From positions 1,440,001-1,504,000 of the forward strand of contig CBDFJR010000002.1 of assembly GCA_965248535.1 (NCBI GenBank): a DNA stretch of 64,000 nucleotides. Reading direction: 5' to 3'. Shown piece by piece: positions 44,060 to 54,744 of this stretch (its first letter is position 1; each line of letters starts with the position of its first letter). Position numbers and translations under genes: made by a program. The notes under the pieces were generated by a model. The model saw only the letters and a program-made list of their open reading frames with translations, made no database searches and had not been told where the DNA came from. Origin of the DNA: Phormidesmis sp. (lineage in GTDB: Bacteria > Cyanobacteriota > Cyanobacteriia > Leptolyngbyales > Leptolyngbyaceae).

Positions 44060-44710
44060 TTAAGCCATGCTGTTTTCGATTGCCCAGCGTGCCAACTCAG
44101 TGCGGTTGTGCAAGCCAGTTTTGCCGAGCATATTGCTGACGTGACTCTCGATCGTGCGCTGGCTGACGTTTAACTCTTCAGCGATCTCTCGGTTTGCCAT
44201 CCCCCGCGCCACAAACTGCACCACCCGCAACTCAGTCGGCGTTAGCTCAACATCAAACGGCACCTGGATCTTGGGCGCGTTGTCTCCCCCTTTAGAGTCT
44301 TTGTGCTGAATCAGTCGCGAAGCCTGCTTAAGAGAAGACTCAACCTGAGCCACCAATTCTTCTGGCTCAAATGGTTTGACCATGTAGACATCTGCGCCAA
44401 TATTCAGCCCTTTCACGCGGTCTTGGCTCTGCCCTTTGGCAGATAGAAACAGAACGGGAACCCAACTGGTTTTGGGGTCTTGGCGAATAGCGCTGACTAG
44501 AGAATAGCCATCCATCTCTGGCATCATGACATCACAGATAATCATGTCCGGCGTTTCTTGTTCTAAAACTTCTAGAGCCTCGCGACCGTTTTCAGCCGTG
44601 ATGACTTCATAGCCGCGAAACTCAAGATAATCTTTGACTAGCAAAATCAAGTTAGGGTCATCATCAATCAACAGCAATCGCCTGTGATTCCCTGCGCTGG
44701 TTTCCTTCAT
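44060..44710 (-). CDS. rre1: NarL/LuxR-family response regulator (Rre1/Ycf29 type)
   Basis: LLLIDDDPNLILLVKDYLEFRGYEV; HTH LTPTE...SQRTIESHVSNMLGKTGLHNRTEL. Confidence 0.85.
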   Translation of the reverse strand: MKETSAGNHRRLLLIDDDPNLILLVKDYLEFRGYEVITAENGREALEVLEQETPDMIICDVMMPEMDGYSLVSAIRQDPKTSWVPVLFLSAKGQSQDRVKGLNIGADVYMVKPFEPEELVAQVESSLKQASRLIQHKDSKGGDNAPKIQVPFDVELTPTELRVVQFVARGMANREIAEELNVSQRTIESHVSNMLGKTGLHNRTELARWAIENSMA

Positions 44711-45085
44711 GCTGTGACACTCGCTCTGCCTGAATCGGGATTAACGGTTAAAAACTGAGTTCCATCAACTGACATATTTTACAAAACTAGCCGTTTAAGT
44801 GAACGGAAATCTTGTGAAAACCTGTTTTCTTATGAAAAGCCTCGAAGTAGCCATCGAAAAGTTGTTTATTTCTAATCGTTGACTAAAGCGTAGATTAATT
44901 ACCCCTTGTTTCTCGTGTCATTATATACGACTGCTCAGAAAATTTAACATTATTCAGCCAATGATCTGACGGCAACCTGAGCAGGCAGAGGGTTTTTCGC
45001 ATCGTTAAGGAGCGATACATAAACAAGCCAAAAGGTGTTTAAAGAATGCGCCAAGTGACTGAAGACAATAGGTTTAGACGATCGT

Positions 45086-45574
45086 CTATTGACAATTTTC
45101 GTCGAGGTTAGGTTCGCTGACTTTCATAGAATCTGCCTTCAGGTTTGGTACGGAATGTAACTGATGAGGCTGAGTTGAGTCGGTGTTTGCTGGTGTTGGA
45201 AGCGGATGCGTCAGAAATGCATATTCTTGGACAACGTTGTTTTCAATTAAGTGTTCTTGGATGATGCGATCGATGATTTCTGGGCTAGCGGCTCGATACC
45301 AAACTCCGTCGGGGTAGACCACCATAATCGGCCCTTGATCACAAACGCGCAGGCAGTTAACTTTAGTGCGGAAGATGCAATCAGGGCGCTCGATCGTGGG
45401 GGTGTCGAGTTTGAGTTCTTTTAACCGAGTTTTGAGATGGTTCCAGGCAGCTAACCCTGCTTCTTTAGAACAGCACAGGGGTTTTGTTTGGTCAGCACAG
45501 ATCAAAACGTGACGTTGAATGCGATCGAGTCCTAAAGTTTCAACACACGCGGCTAAGTTGGGTTGCAAAGTCAT
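45086..45574 (-). CDS. Thioredoxin-like [2Fe-2S] ferredoxin
   Basis: RHVLICADQTKPLCC, RTKVNCLRVCDQGP and VYPDGVWY motifs. Confidence 0.88.
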   Translation of the reverse strand: MTLQPNLAACVETLGLDRIQRHVLICADQTKPLCCSKEAGLAAWNHLKTRLKELKLDTPTIERPDCIFRTKVNCLRVCDQGPIMVVYPDGVWYRAASPEIIDRIIQEHLIENNVVQEYAFLTHPLPTPANTDSTQPHQLHSVPNLKADSMKVSEPNLDENCQ

Positions 45575-45762
45575 TGATTAGAAGATTTATCTGGCGATCG
45601 CTAGGTTTTTTGCAAGATAGAGCACTTAGAGCAGCAGTCCACTACTTTAGAGAGGGCTAGTCAGACAAACTACCACCTAAAGATAGATTGACTGATCAAA
45701 AAAGGCAGGGATTGATTTCCCTACCCTGCGAGTTTAACGCGGTTGCCCTGAGTTTCTAACGG

Positions 45763-47118
45763 TCAAAAGGTTTCTGGTGCAGGCGGCTCAGGCTGCGGTT
45801 CCACTCGTTTGGGGCTGATGGTTGGTTCCAGCGACTCCATGCGGCGGGTGAAATACATAATAATCGCCAAGAAAACAAATAGCCCAATTGACCCCATTAA
45901 CAGCGAATAGTCTTGATTGGCTAGCACCACGTAAAGATAGCTGTAGAGGGCAGCTTGCATGACTCCCACGATCGCGCCCCGTTTTTTAGCGCGCAGCACT
46001 GAGACTGAATAGGCCGTAATTAAAACGACAACTGCACCCGTAGCGGTCAAATAGCCAATTTTGAACCCCAGATGCTCAGAGACGGCCAATTGCAGGAGAT
46101 AGAACATCGACATCGCTACCCCAACTAGCAGATATTGCAGAGGGTGAACGCGCAGCCGAGTCGCCGTCTCAAACAGCCAAAACACTGCAAACGTCAGAAT
46201 CAAGAAGAGATAGTTGTATTTAATGCTGCGATCGCTCATGCGATAGTTATCAACGGGCGAAATTAAATCAACTCCAAACAGTGAAGCCTGAATCAGTTCG
46301 GGACTAACGGGCGATTCACTATTCCACTGTTGGGGATAGTTGCGACCCAGAGACGGAATATCCCAGGTAGACTCGAAGCCCTTAGAAGTCACCGATCGCT
46401 GGTCAGGCAGCCACACCCCCTGAAAGCTAGGATTTGTCCAGTCAGAGTTAAGGCTGACTTTGGTCACTTTGCCAAAGGGCGCAAAGGCGATTTTTTCACT
46501 GCCATTCACCGTTAAAGGAATCGCAAAATCGAAGCTGTCGCCCTTGATCTGATCTTTTAAATTGGCGTGAATGCCCTGTTCAGCGCCACCATATTTGCCT
46601 TGCCCGGCGGTAAATGGGATTGATTTTTGATTCCAGTCTAGGGTTGCCTGGGTTTGAATGGCGTGAGCATCAGAGATTTGCAGACTCAGTTCGGCGCGAT
46701 CCCACAAAACATCTTCGGGTCTCACTCCCCAACTCACGACATCCGGGCGAACAAACCGACCGCGAATATCCAGCTTAGTTTGATAGATCGGCACTTCAAA
46801 AATGCCGCGATAGCGCACTTCTGTCTTGAGATTGCCCTTCACCTGCAAGTCATCGGGCAAAAAGGTGCCGTATTTGACTTCGGCTTTTTCATCTTTGCCA
46901 GACTGCGATCGCCGAATATAAGGCACATAGAGCCGAGGCCCCAAAATAGTCTGCTCACGCCCCCAATTAGACGTGATGCTGCTGATTGCTTCTTGCCTTA
47001 GGTTTTGGCGATCGCTCACCAACCCTTGCAGCATGGCCGTCGGAATTTGCAAAACGAGAATCAGAAACGTGATCAAAAAAAGGCGGGCGAATTGAGAGTT
47101 TTTTAGCTGCTCATACAT
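45763..47118 (-). CDS. creD: Inner membrane protein CreD
   Basis: RYRGIFEVPIY, WTNPSFQG, RSIKY, VHPLQYLLVG and EHLGF motifs. Confidence 0.9.
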   Translation of the reverse strand: MYEQLKNSQFARLFLITFLILVLQIPTAMLQGLVSDRQNLRQEAISSITSNWGREQTILGPRLYVPYIRRSQSGKDEKAEVKYGTFLPDDLQVKGNLKTEVRYRGIFEVPIYQTKLDIRGRFVRPDVVSWGVRPEDVLWDRAELSLQISDAHAIQTQATLDWNQKSIPFTAGQGKYGGAEQGIHANLKDQIKGDSFDFAIPLTVNGSEKIAFAPFGKVTKVSLNSDWTNPSFQGVWLPDQRSVTSKGFESTWDIPSLGRNYPQQWNSESPVSPELIQASLFGVDLISPVDNYRMSDRSIKYNYLFLILTFAVFWLFETATRLRVHPLQYLLVGVAMSMFYLLQLAVSEHLGFKIGYLTATGAVVVLITAYSVSVLRAKKRGAIVGVMQAALYSYLYVVLANQDYSLLMGSIGLFVFLAIIMYFTRRMESLEPTISPKRVEPQPEPPAPETF

Positions 47119-47494
47119 AGCGGGTGACGATTAAGAAGACTGACGGCTTTGATTGATTTCTCAAGGCTTCAGCTTTGCGGTCAGACGTTTCGGACGCGAG
47201 AATTTAAGAAATGTGAAGCAGATGCCTGAGGAGGTTAGGTCTTTTCTAACAACGCAGGTTGCGAGTTACAGATTCTAGAGAGATTGCGTCCTGCCTTCAC
47301 GTTTGCTGATGGCTAGAAGCCTAAGTTAGTTAAAACCTGATATATCTCAAATGACAAAACTCCTAAGATGCGTTTGAACTGGTTTAGAGCATTTTTAGAA
47401 TAGTTTTGATGTGAATAGTTACCTTAAATAGAGTTAGAAAGTTCATATTCAGCTAAAAAATCAATTTAAGGCTCAACTAATTGCCCTCATTATT

Positions 47495-47740
47495 TATATA
47501 TAAATATTCCTTAAAGAGCTAGTAAAGATTTAGCTATTTGTACGAATAAAGTATTTGAATATGTGTATTTTGAATCGGGAATTTGAGAATTCTAGAAATT
47601 CTCTTGATTTCACTGCTTATTTATAAATCTCCTTTGAAGGGCTAGTGAAGATTCAACTATTTGCAGGGATAAAGCATTTGCGTGAGTGTAATTTGAATTG
47701 AGGAGCTTGATTTCTCTGGAACTTATCTCGTTCAAATTAC
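47495..47740. repeat. Degenerate tandem duplication, period 123 bp, non-coding
   Basis: GCTAGTAAAGATTTAGCTATTTG...ATAAAGTATTTG (47518) versus GCTAGTGAAGATTCAACTATTTG...ATAAAGCATTTG (47641). Confidence 0.75.
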
Positions 47741-47819
47741 TTTAGCTTTGTCTCATTTAGAGCTTAACTAAAGCTAGCTTTTCAGTCCTTTTGAAATCAC
47801 CAAGGTTATAGGAGTATTA

Positions 47820-48965
47820 ATGGTTAATTCTCATCCAGAAGAAACTAATAAAGCGGTTTCTTCTGAGTCTTTACCCAAAGAGAAGCGACCAAGGTTGATT
47901 GGAATTGACTTATTTCGAGTCATTGCTATTTACGCCGTTGTCATTCTTCATAGCGATGGGGTGGTCAAAGTTTTGCCCCCTGTTTGGTTAAAGATTAGAG
48001 AGTTTTCTCTGTTTGCAGTTCCTTTTTTTTTGGCTGCTGCGTTTTATTTTGCAGTCAATCAAATCTATGCCTCTCGGAGTTCATATCCATTACGTTCAAG
48101 ACTGACTCGCCTCCTAATTCCCTATGCGTGTTGGTCTGGGGTTTACGTGCTTTATAAGGTTGCTAGATACACGATCGTAGGTGAGCCAGCCAAAATTCTA
48201 GAGATAGTTCATGATCCCCTCAATCTCCTCTTTTTTGGAGGTGCTGCTATTCATCTTTACTTTCTTTCCCTATTAGCGTTGGGAACCTTGTTATTGAAAC
48301 TAGCAGAGGTTTTAATTAATAAAAACGTTTCTTTTAGAGCTTTAGGATGGATGACGTTGGCAAGTCTTCTATTTTATGAAGGGGCTATCATTTTAATAAA
48401 TATTCTGCAAAATGAACCCTATTATTCAAACACTTTAGTAAGATTTCCTGTGCCTCATTTGGCAGATTTTAACCCGTTTCTTCGACTAGCCTTAGTGATT
48501 GGGTTTTGGCTAGTAAAATGCTTGCCTTATATAGCATTAAGCATGTTCTTAAGTCATCCTAAGCATCGTATCTTTTTCTCGAAACTCATAGAGCGATATT
48601 CATTTCTGTGGCTAGTTATTTTTCTAGATTGTAATATTTTTGGGTCTTTTATACTATCAAATTCTGTTTATGAGATTGCTAGAGGTTATACAGCTTTGCT
48701 GGCTGCGATCGCACTCTCTAAATATCTTCAAAACAATTCTTTTTTACAAAGTTTAGGACAGTGCACATTTGGGATCTATCTGATTCATCCGCTGTTTGTT
48801 GAGGTGCTTCAGCCTGTTGCTATTCGTCTGTATCCTGATTTTGTCCATCACACTTCTACAGCAGCATTAGTAGTTGCATCTTCCGTCGTTTTTCTACTCA
48901 GTTGGATTGCGACAATAAAACTAACAGAGAACAAGACGCTCTCGTTTTTCTTTGGCTATCGTTGA
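47820..48965 (+). CDS. Acyltransferase-3 family membrane O-acyltransferase
   Basis: GIDLFRVIAIYAVVILHS, FAVPFF, RLTRLLIPY, HLYFL and FGIYLIHP motifs; AT-rich. Confidence 0.88.
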   Translation: MVNSHPEETNKAVSSESLPKEKRPRLIGIDLFRVIAIYAVVILHSDGVVKVLPPVWLKIREFSLFAVPFFLAAAFYFAVNQIYASRSSYPLRSRLTRLLIPYACWSGVYVLYKVARYTIVGEPAKILEIVHDPLNLLFFGGAAIHLYFLSLLALGTLLLKLAEVLINKNVSFRALGWMTLASLLFYEGAIILINILQNEPYYSNTLVRFPVPHLADFNPFLRLALVIGFWLVKCLPYIALSMFLSHPKHRIFFSKLIERYSFLWLVIFLDCNIFGSFILSNSVYEIARGYTALLAAIALSKYLQNNSFLQSLGQCTFGIYLIHPLFVEVLQPVAIRLYPDFVHHTSTAALVVASSVVFLLSWIATIKLTENKTLSFFFGYR

Positions 48966-49014
48966 GTTTGTGCAATAGGTTTGGCGACTTGGCAAGCAAG
49001 TTTAAATAGGTCAG

Positions 49015-50724
49015 TTAGAACAGAAAATAGCGTTGCGCCATGGGCAAGACCGTTGCAGGTTCACAGGTGATCAATTGCCCGTCAGCACGCACCTCGTAGG
49101 TTTCGGGGTCTACTTCAACGTGGGGCAAGGCATCATTGAGCTTCATATCGCGTTTGGTGAGGTTGCGCGTGTTGGCGATCGCGACCGCCGTTTTTTGAAG
49201 ATTTAGCTTATCAGGGATGCCTTTTTTGAGGGCGACTTGAGAGAGAAAGGTCAGAGACGTGGCGGCGATCGCGCCGCCAAAACTGCCAAACATCGGCCGC
49301 ATATGCACAGGCTGTGGCGTAGGAATGCTGGCATTAGCATCGCCCATTTGTGCCCAGGCAATCATGCCGCCTTTAATCACCATTTCGGGCTTTACGCCAA
49401 ACATGGCCGGTCGCCATAGGCATAGGTCTGCCAATTTACCGACTTCGATCGAACCGACGTGGTTAGCGATGCCGTGAGTGATCGCTGGATTGATCGTATA
49501 TTTTGCGATGTAGCGTTTGGCTCGGTGATTATCGTTGCGAGATGAATCTTCTGGTAGCGGGCCGCGCTGGACTTTCATCTTGTGTCCGGTTTGCCAAGTG
49601 CGAATGATCACTTCACCAATGCGACCCATGGCCTGAGAGTCGGACGACAACATACTAAACGCCCCCAAGTCGTGCAGAATATCCTCGGCGGCGATCGTTT
49701 CTCGGCGAATTCGCGACTCGGCAAAGGCCACATCTTCAGGAATGCTGGGATCGAGGTGGTGGCAGACCATCAGCATATCCAAGTGTTCGTCTAGGGTGTT
49801 GAGCGTGTATGGGCGAGTCGGATTGGTCGAGGACGGCAACACATTCGCTTCGCCGCAGACTTTGATGATGTCGGGGGCGTGCCCGCCGCCTGCGCCTTCG
49901 GTGTGGTAGGTGTGAATGACGCGATTTTTAAAAGCGGCGATCGTGTCTTCCACAAACCCGGCTTCATTCAGCGTGTCGCTGTGGATGGCAACCTGCACCT
50001 CGTATTCGTCAGCAACGGTCAGACAGGTATCGATCGCCGCCGGAGTGGTGCCCCAATCTTCGTGGAGTTTGAGTCCAATTACGCCTGCTTTGATCTGTTC
50101 CTCAAGGGCTGCGGGCTGCGAACTGTTGCCTTTGCCAAGAAATCCGATGTTCATCGGAAACGCGTCGGCGGCTTGCAGCATCCGGTAGATATTCCAAGGC
50201 CCAGGCGTGCAGGTGGTGGCGCTCGTTCCGGCGGCTGGGCCAGTGCCTCCGCCGATCATGGTCGTGATGCCAGAAGCGATCGCTACCTCAATCTGCTGCG
50301 GACAAATGAAGTGAATGTGAGTATCAATGCCGCCCGCCGTCAGGATCATGCCTTCGCCCGCGATCGCTTCGGTGCCAGGCCCAATAATAATGGTTACGTT
50401 GTCTTGAATATAGGGATTTCCGGCTTTCCCGATCGCTGCAATTTTGCCGTCTTTAATTCCAATATCTGCTTTGACAATGCCCCACCAGTCTAGAATTAAC
50501 GCATTGGTAATTACGGCATCAACTGCGCCATCTTCGTTGGTGATCGGCGATTGCCCCATGCCGTCACGAATCACTTTGCCGCCGCCAAACTTCACTTCAT
50601 CGCCGTAGGTAGTGTAGTCTTGTTCGACTTCGATAATCAGTTCGGTGTCTGCCAAACGCACCCGATCGCCCACCGTGGGGCCAAAGGTTTCAGCGTAGGC
50701 GCGGCGATTCATGCGGTAGCTCAT
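49015..50724 (-). CDS. ureC: Urease alpha subunit
   Basis: [37 protein letters not shown] and terminal PMAQRYFLF. Confidence 0.98.
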   Translation of the reverse strand: MSYRMNRRAYAETFGPTVGDRVRLADTELIIEVEQDYTTYGDEVKFGGGKVIRDGMGQSPITNEDGAVDAVITNALILDWWGIVKADIGIKDGKIAAIGKAGNPYIQDNVTIIIGPGTEAIAGEGMILTAGGIDTHIHFICPQQIEVAIASGITTMIGGGTGPAAGTSATTCTPGPWNIYRMLQAADAFPMNIGFLGKGNSSQPAALEEQIKAGVIGLKLHEDWGTTPAAIDTCLTVADEYEVQVAIHSDTLNEAGFVEDTIAAFKNRVIHTYHTEGAGGGHAPDIIKVCGEANVLPSSTNPTRPYTLNTLDEHLDMLMVCHHLDPSIPEDVAFAESRIRRETIAAEDILHDLGAFSMLSSDSQAMGRIGEVIIRTWQTGHKMKVQRGPLPEDSSRNDNHRAKRYIAKYTINPAITHGIANHVGSIEVGKLADLCLWRPAMFGVKPEMVIKGGMIAWAQMGDANASIPTPQPVHMRPMFGSFGGAIAATSLTFLSQVALKKGIPDKLNLQKTAVAIANTRNLTKRDMKLNDALPHVEVDPETYEVRADGQLITCEPATVLPMAQRYFLF

Positions 50725-50778
50725 GCAGTTTTCCTCAGAGATAAAAGGTCAAGTTTTTTATAAAACTAACGGGTGAAA

Positions 50779-51204
50779 TTAAGGACGAAAGATCCGATCA
50801 AAGGGCTGTTTTCGATAGCGACGATAAATATCAAAATCTTTATCTAACGTTGCAATAGCTGCAATATTTAAACGTTCGGAAATCACAATTAAAGAGAGAT
50901 CGGCAAAATCACCCGGTAGGTCAGCATATTGAGCATTGAGTTCAGCAATTCGCGTAAAGTCGCTTGCTATGAGCGGTTCACAGGTGTAGATGCCTTCAGC
51001 AAGATCTGTCAAAAAATCATTCTGCACAAGCAAATTAGAAGAAAGCAACCACATTGTTTCGGTGACACACCCTAAGCTTGTGATCAATTGACTTGTGCAA
51101 CTCGCAAAAAAATTACGCACTTGAGAATGACTATTGTCGGCTGAATTGTAAAAAGCAACAAAAATGGAGGTGTCTACTAAAACCGTTGGGGGATAGTTGG
51201 TCAT
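50779..51204 (-). CDS. vapC: PIN-domain (VapC) toxin
   Basis: VLVDTS, VTE, DFADLSL and IATLDKDF acidic PIN motifs. Confidence 0.88.
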   Translation of the reverse strand: MTNYPPTVLVDTSIFVAFYNSADNSHSQVRNFFASCTSQLITSLGCVTETMWLLSSNLLVQNDFLTDLAEGIYTCEPLIASDFTRIAELNAQYADLPGDFADLSLIVISERLNIAAIATLDKDFDIYRRYRKQPFDRIFRP

Positions 51205-51470
51205 TCCTGGGTTTGCTCTCGTTCATGGCGTTTTTGAACGTGTTCGGCAATCAACGTCTTACGCACATCTCGATCGGATAGATTTCCGGGGCCCGATAGA
51301 AAGTGGCGAGGACGATCGCCCATGCGCTCTAGCACAGTTTTTTGAGGCTGTAAGGTTTGCCAATGTTGATGAAGCAGTCGTTGAAAGAGTTCGCTGCTGG
51401 TTGTTTTTTCTTGGGCTAAGATTTCGACCAGATATTTTTCTGCTTCGTCGTTAAGAGTGATCGTAATCAT
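51201..51470 (-). CDS. Putative antitoxin of the PIN toxin
   Basis: RHH-like N-terminus MITITLNDEAEKYL; 4-nt overlap with vapC. Confidence 0.75.
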   Translation of the reverse strand: MITITLNDEAEKYLVEILAQEKTTSSELFQRLLHQHWQTLQPQKTVLERMGDRPRHFLSGPGNLSDRDVRKTLIAEHVQKRHEREQTQE

Positions 51471-51497
51471 GAGGTTATTTCCAGTTTGAACGCTAAT

Positions 51498-52121
51498 TTA
51501 AGCTAACAAAAGGGGAGAATCTTGGTCAATTTTGATGTGATTAGGCTGAGAGGCGACCCGATCGCACCACGCTTGAATCTTGGGAAACTTGTTCAAGTCA
51601 TAGCCACCTTCGTAGGCAACGTGAGTGTAGGAGTAGAGGGCAATATCAGCGATCGTGTAGCGGTTCCCCACAAAAAACGAATGGGTTGTTAGATGTTTTT
51701 CCATCACATCAAATCCCGCATTTCCTAATCTTTGATGGTAAGAAATTAGTGGCGCGAACTGCTCAGGTTGTTTAATAATCGAAATCCAAAATCTGGGACG
51801 AGATAGATTTGCGCCTAAACTGAACTGCTCAAAAAATAGCCATTTTAGAATTTGATTTCGTTCTGAGCGATCGCTGGCAAAGAAATCAGTTTCTTCAGCC
51901 AAATAGATCAAAATCGAATTTGATTCGGTCAAAAAGACATCGGATTCTACTTCTAAGACAGGCACCTTCCCATTCGGATTTTTTTGCAAAAACTCTGGCA
52001 AATGAGTTTCTTGATTGAGCAGATTTACTGAGATCAGTTCAAAGGGAATCTGAAGCTGGGTTAAGAACAATCGCAGTTTGTAACAGTTACCCGAAGGCGG
52101 AAAGCTATAAAGCCGATACAT
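51498..52121 (-). CDS. Glutathione S-transferase family protein
   Basis: SGNCYKLRL, NPNGKVPVL, ESNSI and YTIADIALYSYTH motifs. Confidence 0.92.
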   Translation of the reverse strand: MYRLYSFPPSGNCYKLRLFLTQLQIPFELISVNLLNQETHLPEFLQKNPNGKVPVLEVESDVFLTESNSILIYLAEETDFFASDRSERNQILKWLFFEQFSLGANLSRPRFWISIIKQPEQFAPLISYHQRLGNAGFDVMEKHLTTHSFFVGNRYTIADIALYSYTHVAYEGGYDLNKFPKIQAWCDRVASQPNHIKIDQDSPLLLA

Positions 52122-52141
52122 AAAATTTGTTGCCCTTGAAA

Positions 52142-52489
52142 CTATGAATGTTTGGATTTTTTCTTTGCTTTTTTGGTTTTTCCGTCTAACGCCCCCTCAA
52201 TTTTGGCGTTAAATCCATAGACTTCACGGGTGCCCGCGAAAGGGACTAGCGTGATCTCTCGATCGTCCCCCGGCTCAAACCTAACGGCCGTCCCTGCCGG
52301 GATGTCTAGCCGCATTCCTCGCGCTTGTTCTCGATCAAAATCCAGCGCCGAGTTAACCTCATAAAAGTGAAAATGAGAGCCAACTTGAATCGGGCGATCG
52401 CCCTGATTGGCTACCTTCAGTTTGACGGTTTCACGACCTGCATTCAGTTCGATTTCTCCGTCGTCAATCAACAGTTCTCCAGGAATCAT
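52142..52489 (-). CDS. ureB: Urease beta subunit
   Basis: [22 protein letters not shown] and [13 protein letters not shown] motifs. Confidence 0.97.
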   Translation of the reverse strand: MIPGELLIDDGEIELNAGRETVKLKVANQGDRPIQVGSHFHFYEVNSALDFDREQARGMRLDIPAGTAVRFEPGDDREITLVPFAGTREVYGFNAKIEGALDGKTKKAKKKSKHS

Positions 52490-52497
52490 GACACACC

Positions 52498-52800
52498 TCA
52501 ACGAATGGGATTGTGAACCGTGACTAACTTAGTTCCGTCAGGAAACGTAGCTTCGACCTGCACTTCGTGAATCATCTCAGAAATGCCCTCCATCACATCA
52601 GTTTGAGTCAGCAATGTGGTGCCATAACTCATCAGATCTGAAACCGTTCGCCCGTCTCGTGCTCCTTCTAAAATCGCTGCCGAAATGTAAGCGATCGCTT
52701 CGGGATAGTTGAGTTTTAAGCCCCGATCCTTTCGTCGTTCAGCCAGCAGTGCCGCCGTAAAAATTAACAGTTTGTCTTTTTCTTGAGGAGTTAATTGCAT
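52498..52800 (-). CDS. ureA: Urease gamma subunit
   Basis: [19 protein letters not shown] and [17 protein letters not shown] motifs. Confidence 0.97.
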   Translation of the reverse strand: MQLTPQEKDKLLIFTAALLAERRKDRGLKLNYPEAIAYISAAILEGARDGRTVSDLMSYGTTLLTQTDVMEGISEMIHEVQVEATFPDGTKLVTVHNPIR

Positions 52801-52808
52801 TTCTATTT

Positions 52809-53153
52809 TTAGGGTTCTTGATCATCAACAATAGCTTCAAGCTCAGCTAATAAAATGGGAAGATCTTCAGTGACTGTGCTCCAAACAATATCTAAATTAA
52901 TATCAAAATAGGCATGAGTGAGCCGATTTCTCATACTAATCATCTGTGCCCAAGGAATATTCGGCAGCTCACTTTGACGGTTTTTGCTCATTCGAGAAGC
53001 TGCCTCTCCAATAATTTCGACACACTTGACTATAGATAGCGTAAGCATCCGATTATGATCCAGATCATTTCTATTAGAATTTTTAACAAAGGAAAGAGCT
53101 TCTCTTGCTGCTTCCTTCATGTGAAATAAACGGACTGAATCATCAATGAACAT
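52809..53153 (-). CDS. hepT: HEPN (DUF86) RNase toxin
   Basis: [20 protein letters not shown] (R-x4-H) and DLP motifs. Confidence 0.88.
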   Translation of the reverse strand: MFIDDSVRLFHMKEAAREALSFVKNSNRNDLDHNRMLTLSIVKCVEIIGEAASRMSKNRQSELPNIPWAQMISMRNRLTHAYFDINLDIVWSTVTEDLPILLAELEAIVDDQEP

Positions 53154-53448
53154 ACTGTACTAAAGCTAAGTCAAGCACTTTTTGGCGAAACCGACGGCTC
53201 AGATCTTCAGGAGTTCTCAAATCGACTTTGCGACCTAAGATTTCTGTTAATTTGATTTCCATATCTGCTAGTTTAATGAATCCTGGAACATGATTTGGTT
53301 CAAACTCAACCAGAACATCGATATCACTTTCGGCGTTAAAATCTTCTCGTAAAACAGAGCCAAATAGAGACAGTTTTAGAATGTGATTTTGAGTGCAGAA
53401 ATCAGCGATCTCGTCTGGAGAGAGGTTAATTGGAAGTTTTCGATTCAT
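53143..53448 (-). CDS. mntA: Minimal nucleotidyltransferase (MNT) antitoxin
   Basis: LFGSVLREDF...SDIDVLVEF...GRKVDL motif. Confidence 0.88.
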   Translation of the reverse strand: MNRKLPINLSPDEIADFCTQNHILKLSLFGSVLREDFNAESDIDVLVEFEPNHVPGFIKLADMEIKLTEILGRKVDLRTPEDLSRRFRQKVLDLALVQYVH

Positions 53449-53459
53449 GATGCCCTCCG

Positions 53460-54314
53460 CTATTGTTGCCAAACTCTAGGAATGCAGATAGATCGATCGT
53501 AGTTTAGTCTTCGCACGAGTCGCCAAACCTCAATAAACCATTGTCGCGCCTCCATTGTAGAGTGACCTCGATAGCGGCACAGTAGCCCAGACATCAAGCG
53601 GGTCACGCCGACTTCTCCATTACCTGCCCAGGCAGAGCGCGCTGCTGCGACCAATTCTGGCTCGACCGATCGCCCAATCCAGGCAAAACTCCCAACTACT
53701 GGGCAGTTTGCCAACCCGTGAGGACTGGTGAATAATTCCTCGCTGCCCGGAAGCCACTGGCGATCGACCCAAATTGGACGATCGTGCTGCCAAACTTCGG
53801 TGTGCGATCGCCACTCACCTTCAACAAACCGCTCACCCCTGGCACTGCGACCAAACCGGGTCATCTCCCAGCCCAGCCAAGTGGCATCAGGGGCAAGATT
53901 GACCCGCATTTCTTGACGATAAACGGCTTGATTAAACACGATCGCTTCTTGGGGCAACCACTCTAAGCAAGCGCCGCTAGCCACGTCTACGTGAATAATT
54001 TGTTTGGCTTCTCGTCCGTTAGTCTTATAAATTTTGCTCGCGGCGGCTGTCGTGACGAGGGCTTGAGCGTCGGGCTGGAGGCGAATATTGATGGAAAGCC
54101 GATCGCCCCCCACCATTCCGCCTGCGGTGTGCATAATCACGCTGTGACAAATCTCGTGCCCCTCTGGATAAAAGGGTCGTTGGGTCTTGAGAGGGGCTTT
54201 TGCCTGACTGTGGATTAGCTGAGTTGCACCTTGACGGGGCGCAAACTCTAGAGCCAGACTGCCGTGCCAATCGGTAGAAATTGTCTCAGTTGAAGTGGCG
54301 AGAGGGTGATTCAC
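53460..54314 (-). CDS. ureD: Urease accessory protein D
   Basis: APLKTQRPFYPEG, HTAGGMVGGD, TTAAASKIY and LEWLPQEAI motifs. Confidence 0.94.
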   Translation of the reverse strand: MNHPLATSTETISTDWHGSLALEFAPRQGATQLIHSQAKAPLKTQRPFYPEGHEICHSVIMHTAGGMVGGDRLSINIRLQPDAQALVTTAAASKIYKTNGREAKQIIHVDVASGACLEWLPQEAIVFNQAVYRQEMRVNLAPDATWLGWEMTRFGRSARGERFVEGEWRSHTEVWQHDRPIWVDRQWLPGSEELFTSPHGLANCPVVGSFAWIGRSVEPELVAAARSAWAGNGEVGVTRLMSGLLCRYRGHSTMEARQWFIEVWRLVRRLNYDRSICIPRVWQQ

Positions 54315-54390
54315 AAACAGAGCGAACTAACAGCAGGTTGGGATTAGCTTCTCGTAAACCCCACCATTTTTGTGAGAATTTGGGAATCTC

Positions 54391-54612
54391 TTAAACTTTC
54401 TTCCTTTGAAACGAGATCGAACCCAGGTCATTAGCTAGACCTCGATTGAGCAACAACAGGTCTGGAATTATGATCCGAAGTTTTTGCATGAGAACCTCAA
54501 TCGTCTCAGCTTCCGTTACTAATCCGGGCACATCTTCACTCGTTGCAACCCAGACAGCAGCTTCTGCATCCCAGAACGCTTCGACCTCATAGACGATTTG
54601 TGCCATTGCCAA
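54391..54612 (-). CDS. DUF1902 (HicB-like) protein
   Basis: FWDAEAAVWVATSEDVPGLVTEAET motif. Confidence 0.78.
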   Translation of the reverse strand: MAMAQIVYEVEAFWDAEAAVWVATSEDVPGLVTEAETIEVLMQKLRIIIPDLLLLNRGLANDLGSISFQRKKV

Positions 54613-54744
54613 ATTCCGATTGGATATTGATAGCTCCAGGTTAAGTTAGACGAAGAGAGATGTTGAGCCTGCTTTGGGAAGGTGGGTTGCTTTTCCGCAA
54701 CGACCCATATGATGTTCGGCTGGTTATTCTTGCGATCGCGATCG

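Noticed and set aside
49879..50493. Long antisense ORFs inside conserved genes (for example in ureC, the Hsp70 gene, the porin and cmr6)
   Set aside because: Shadow frames of well-supported genes on the opposite strand.
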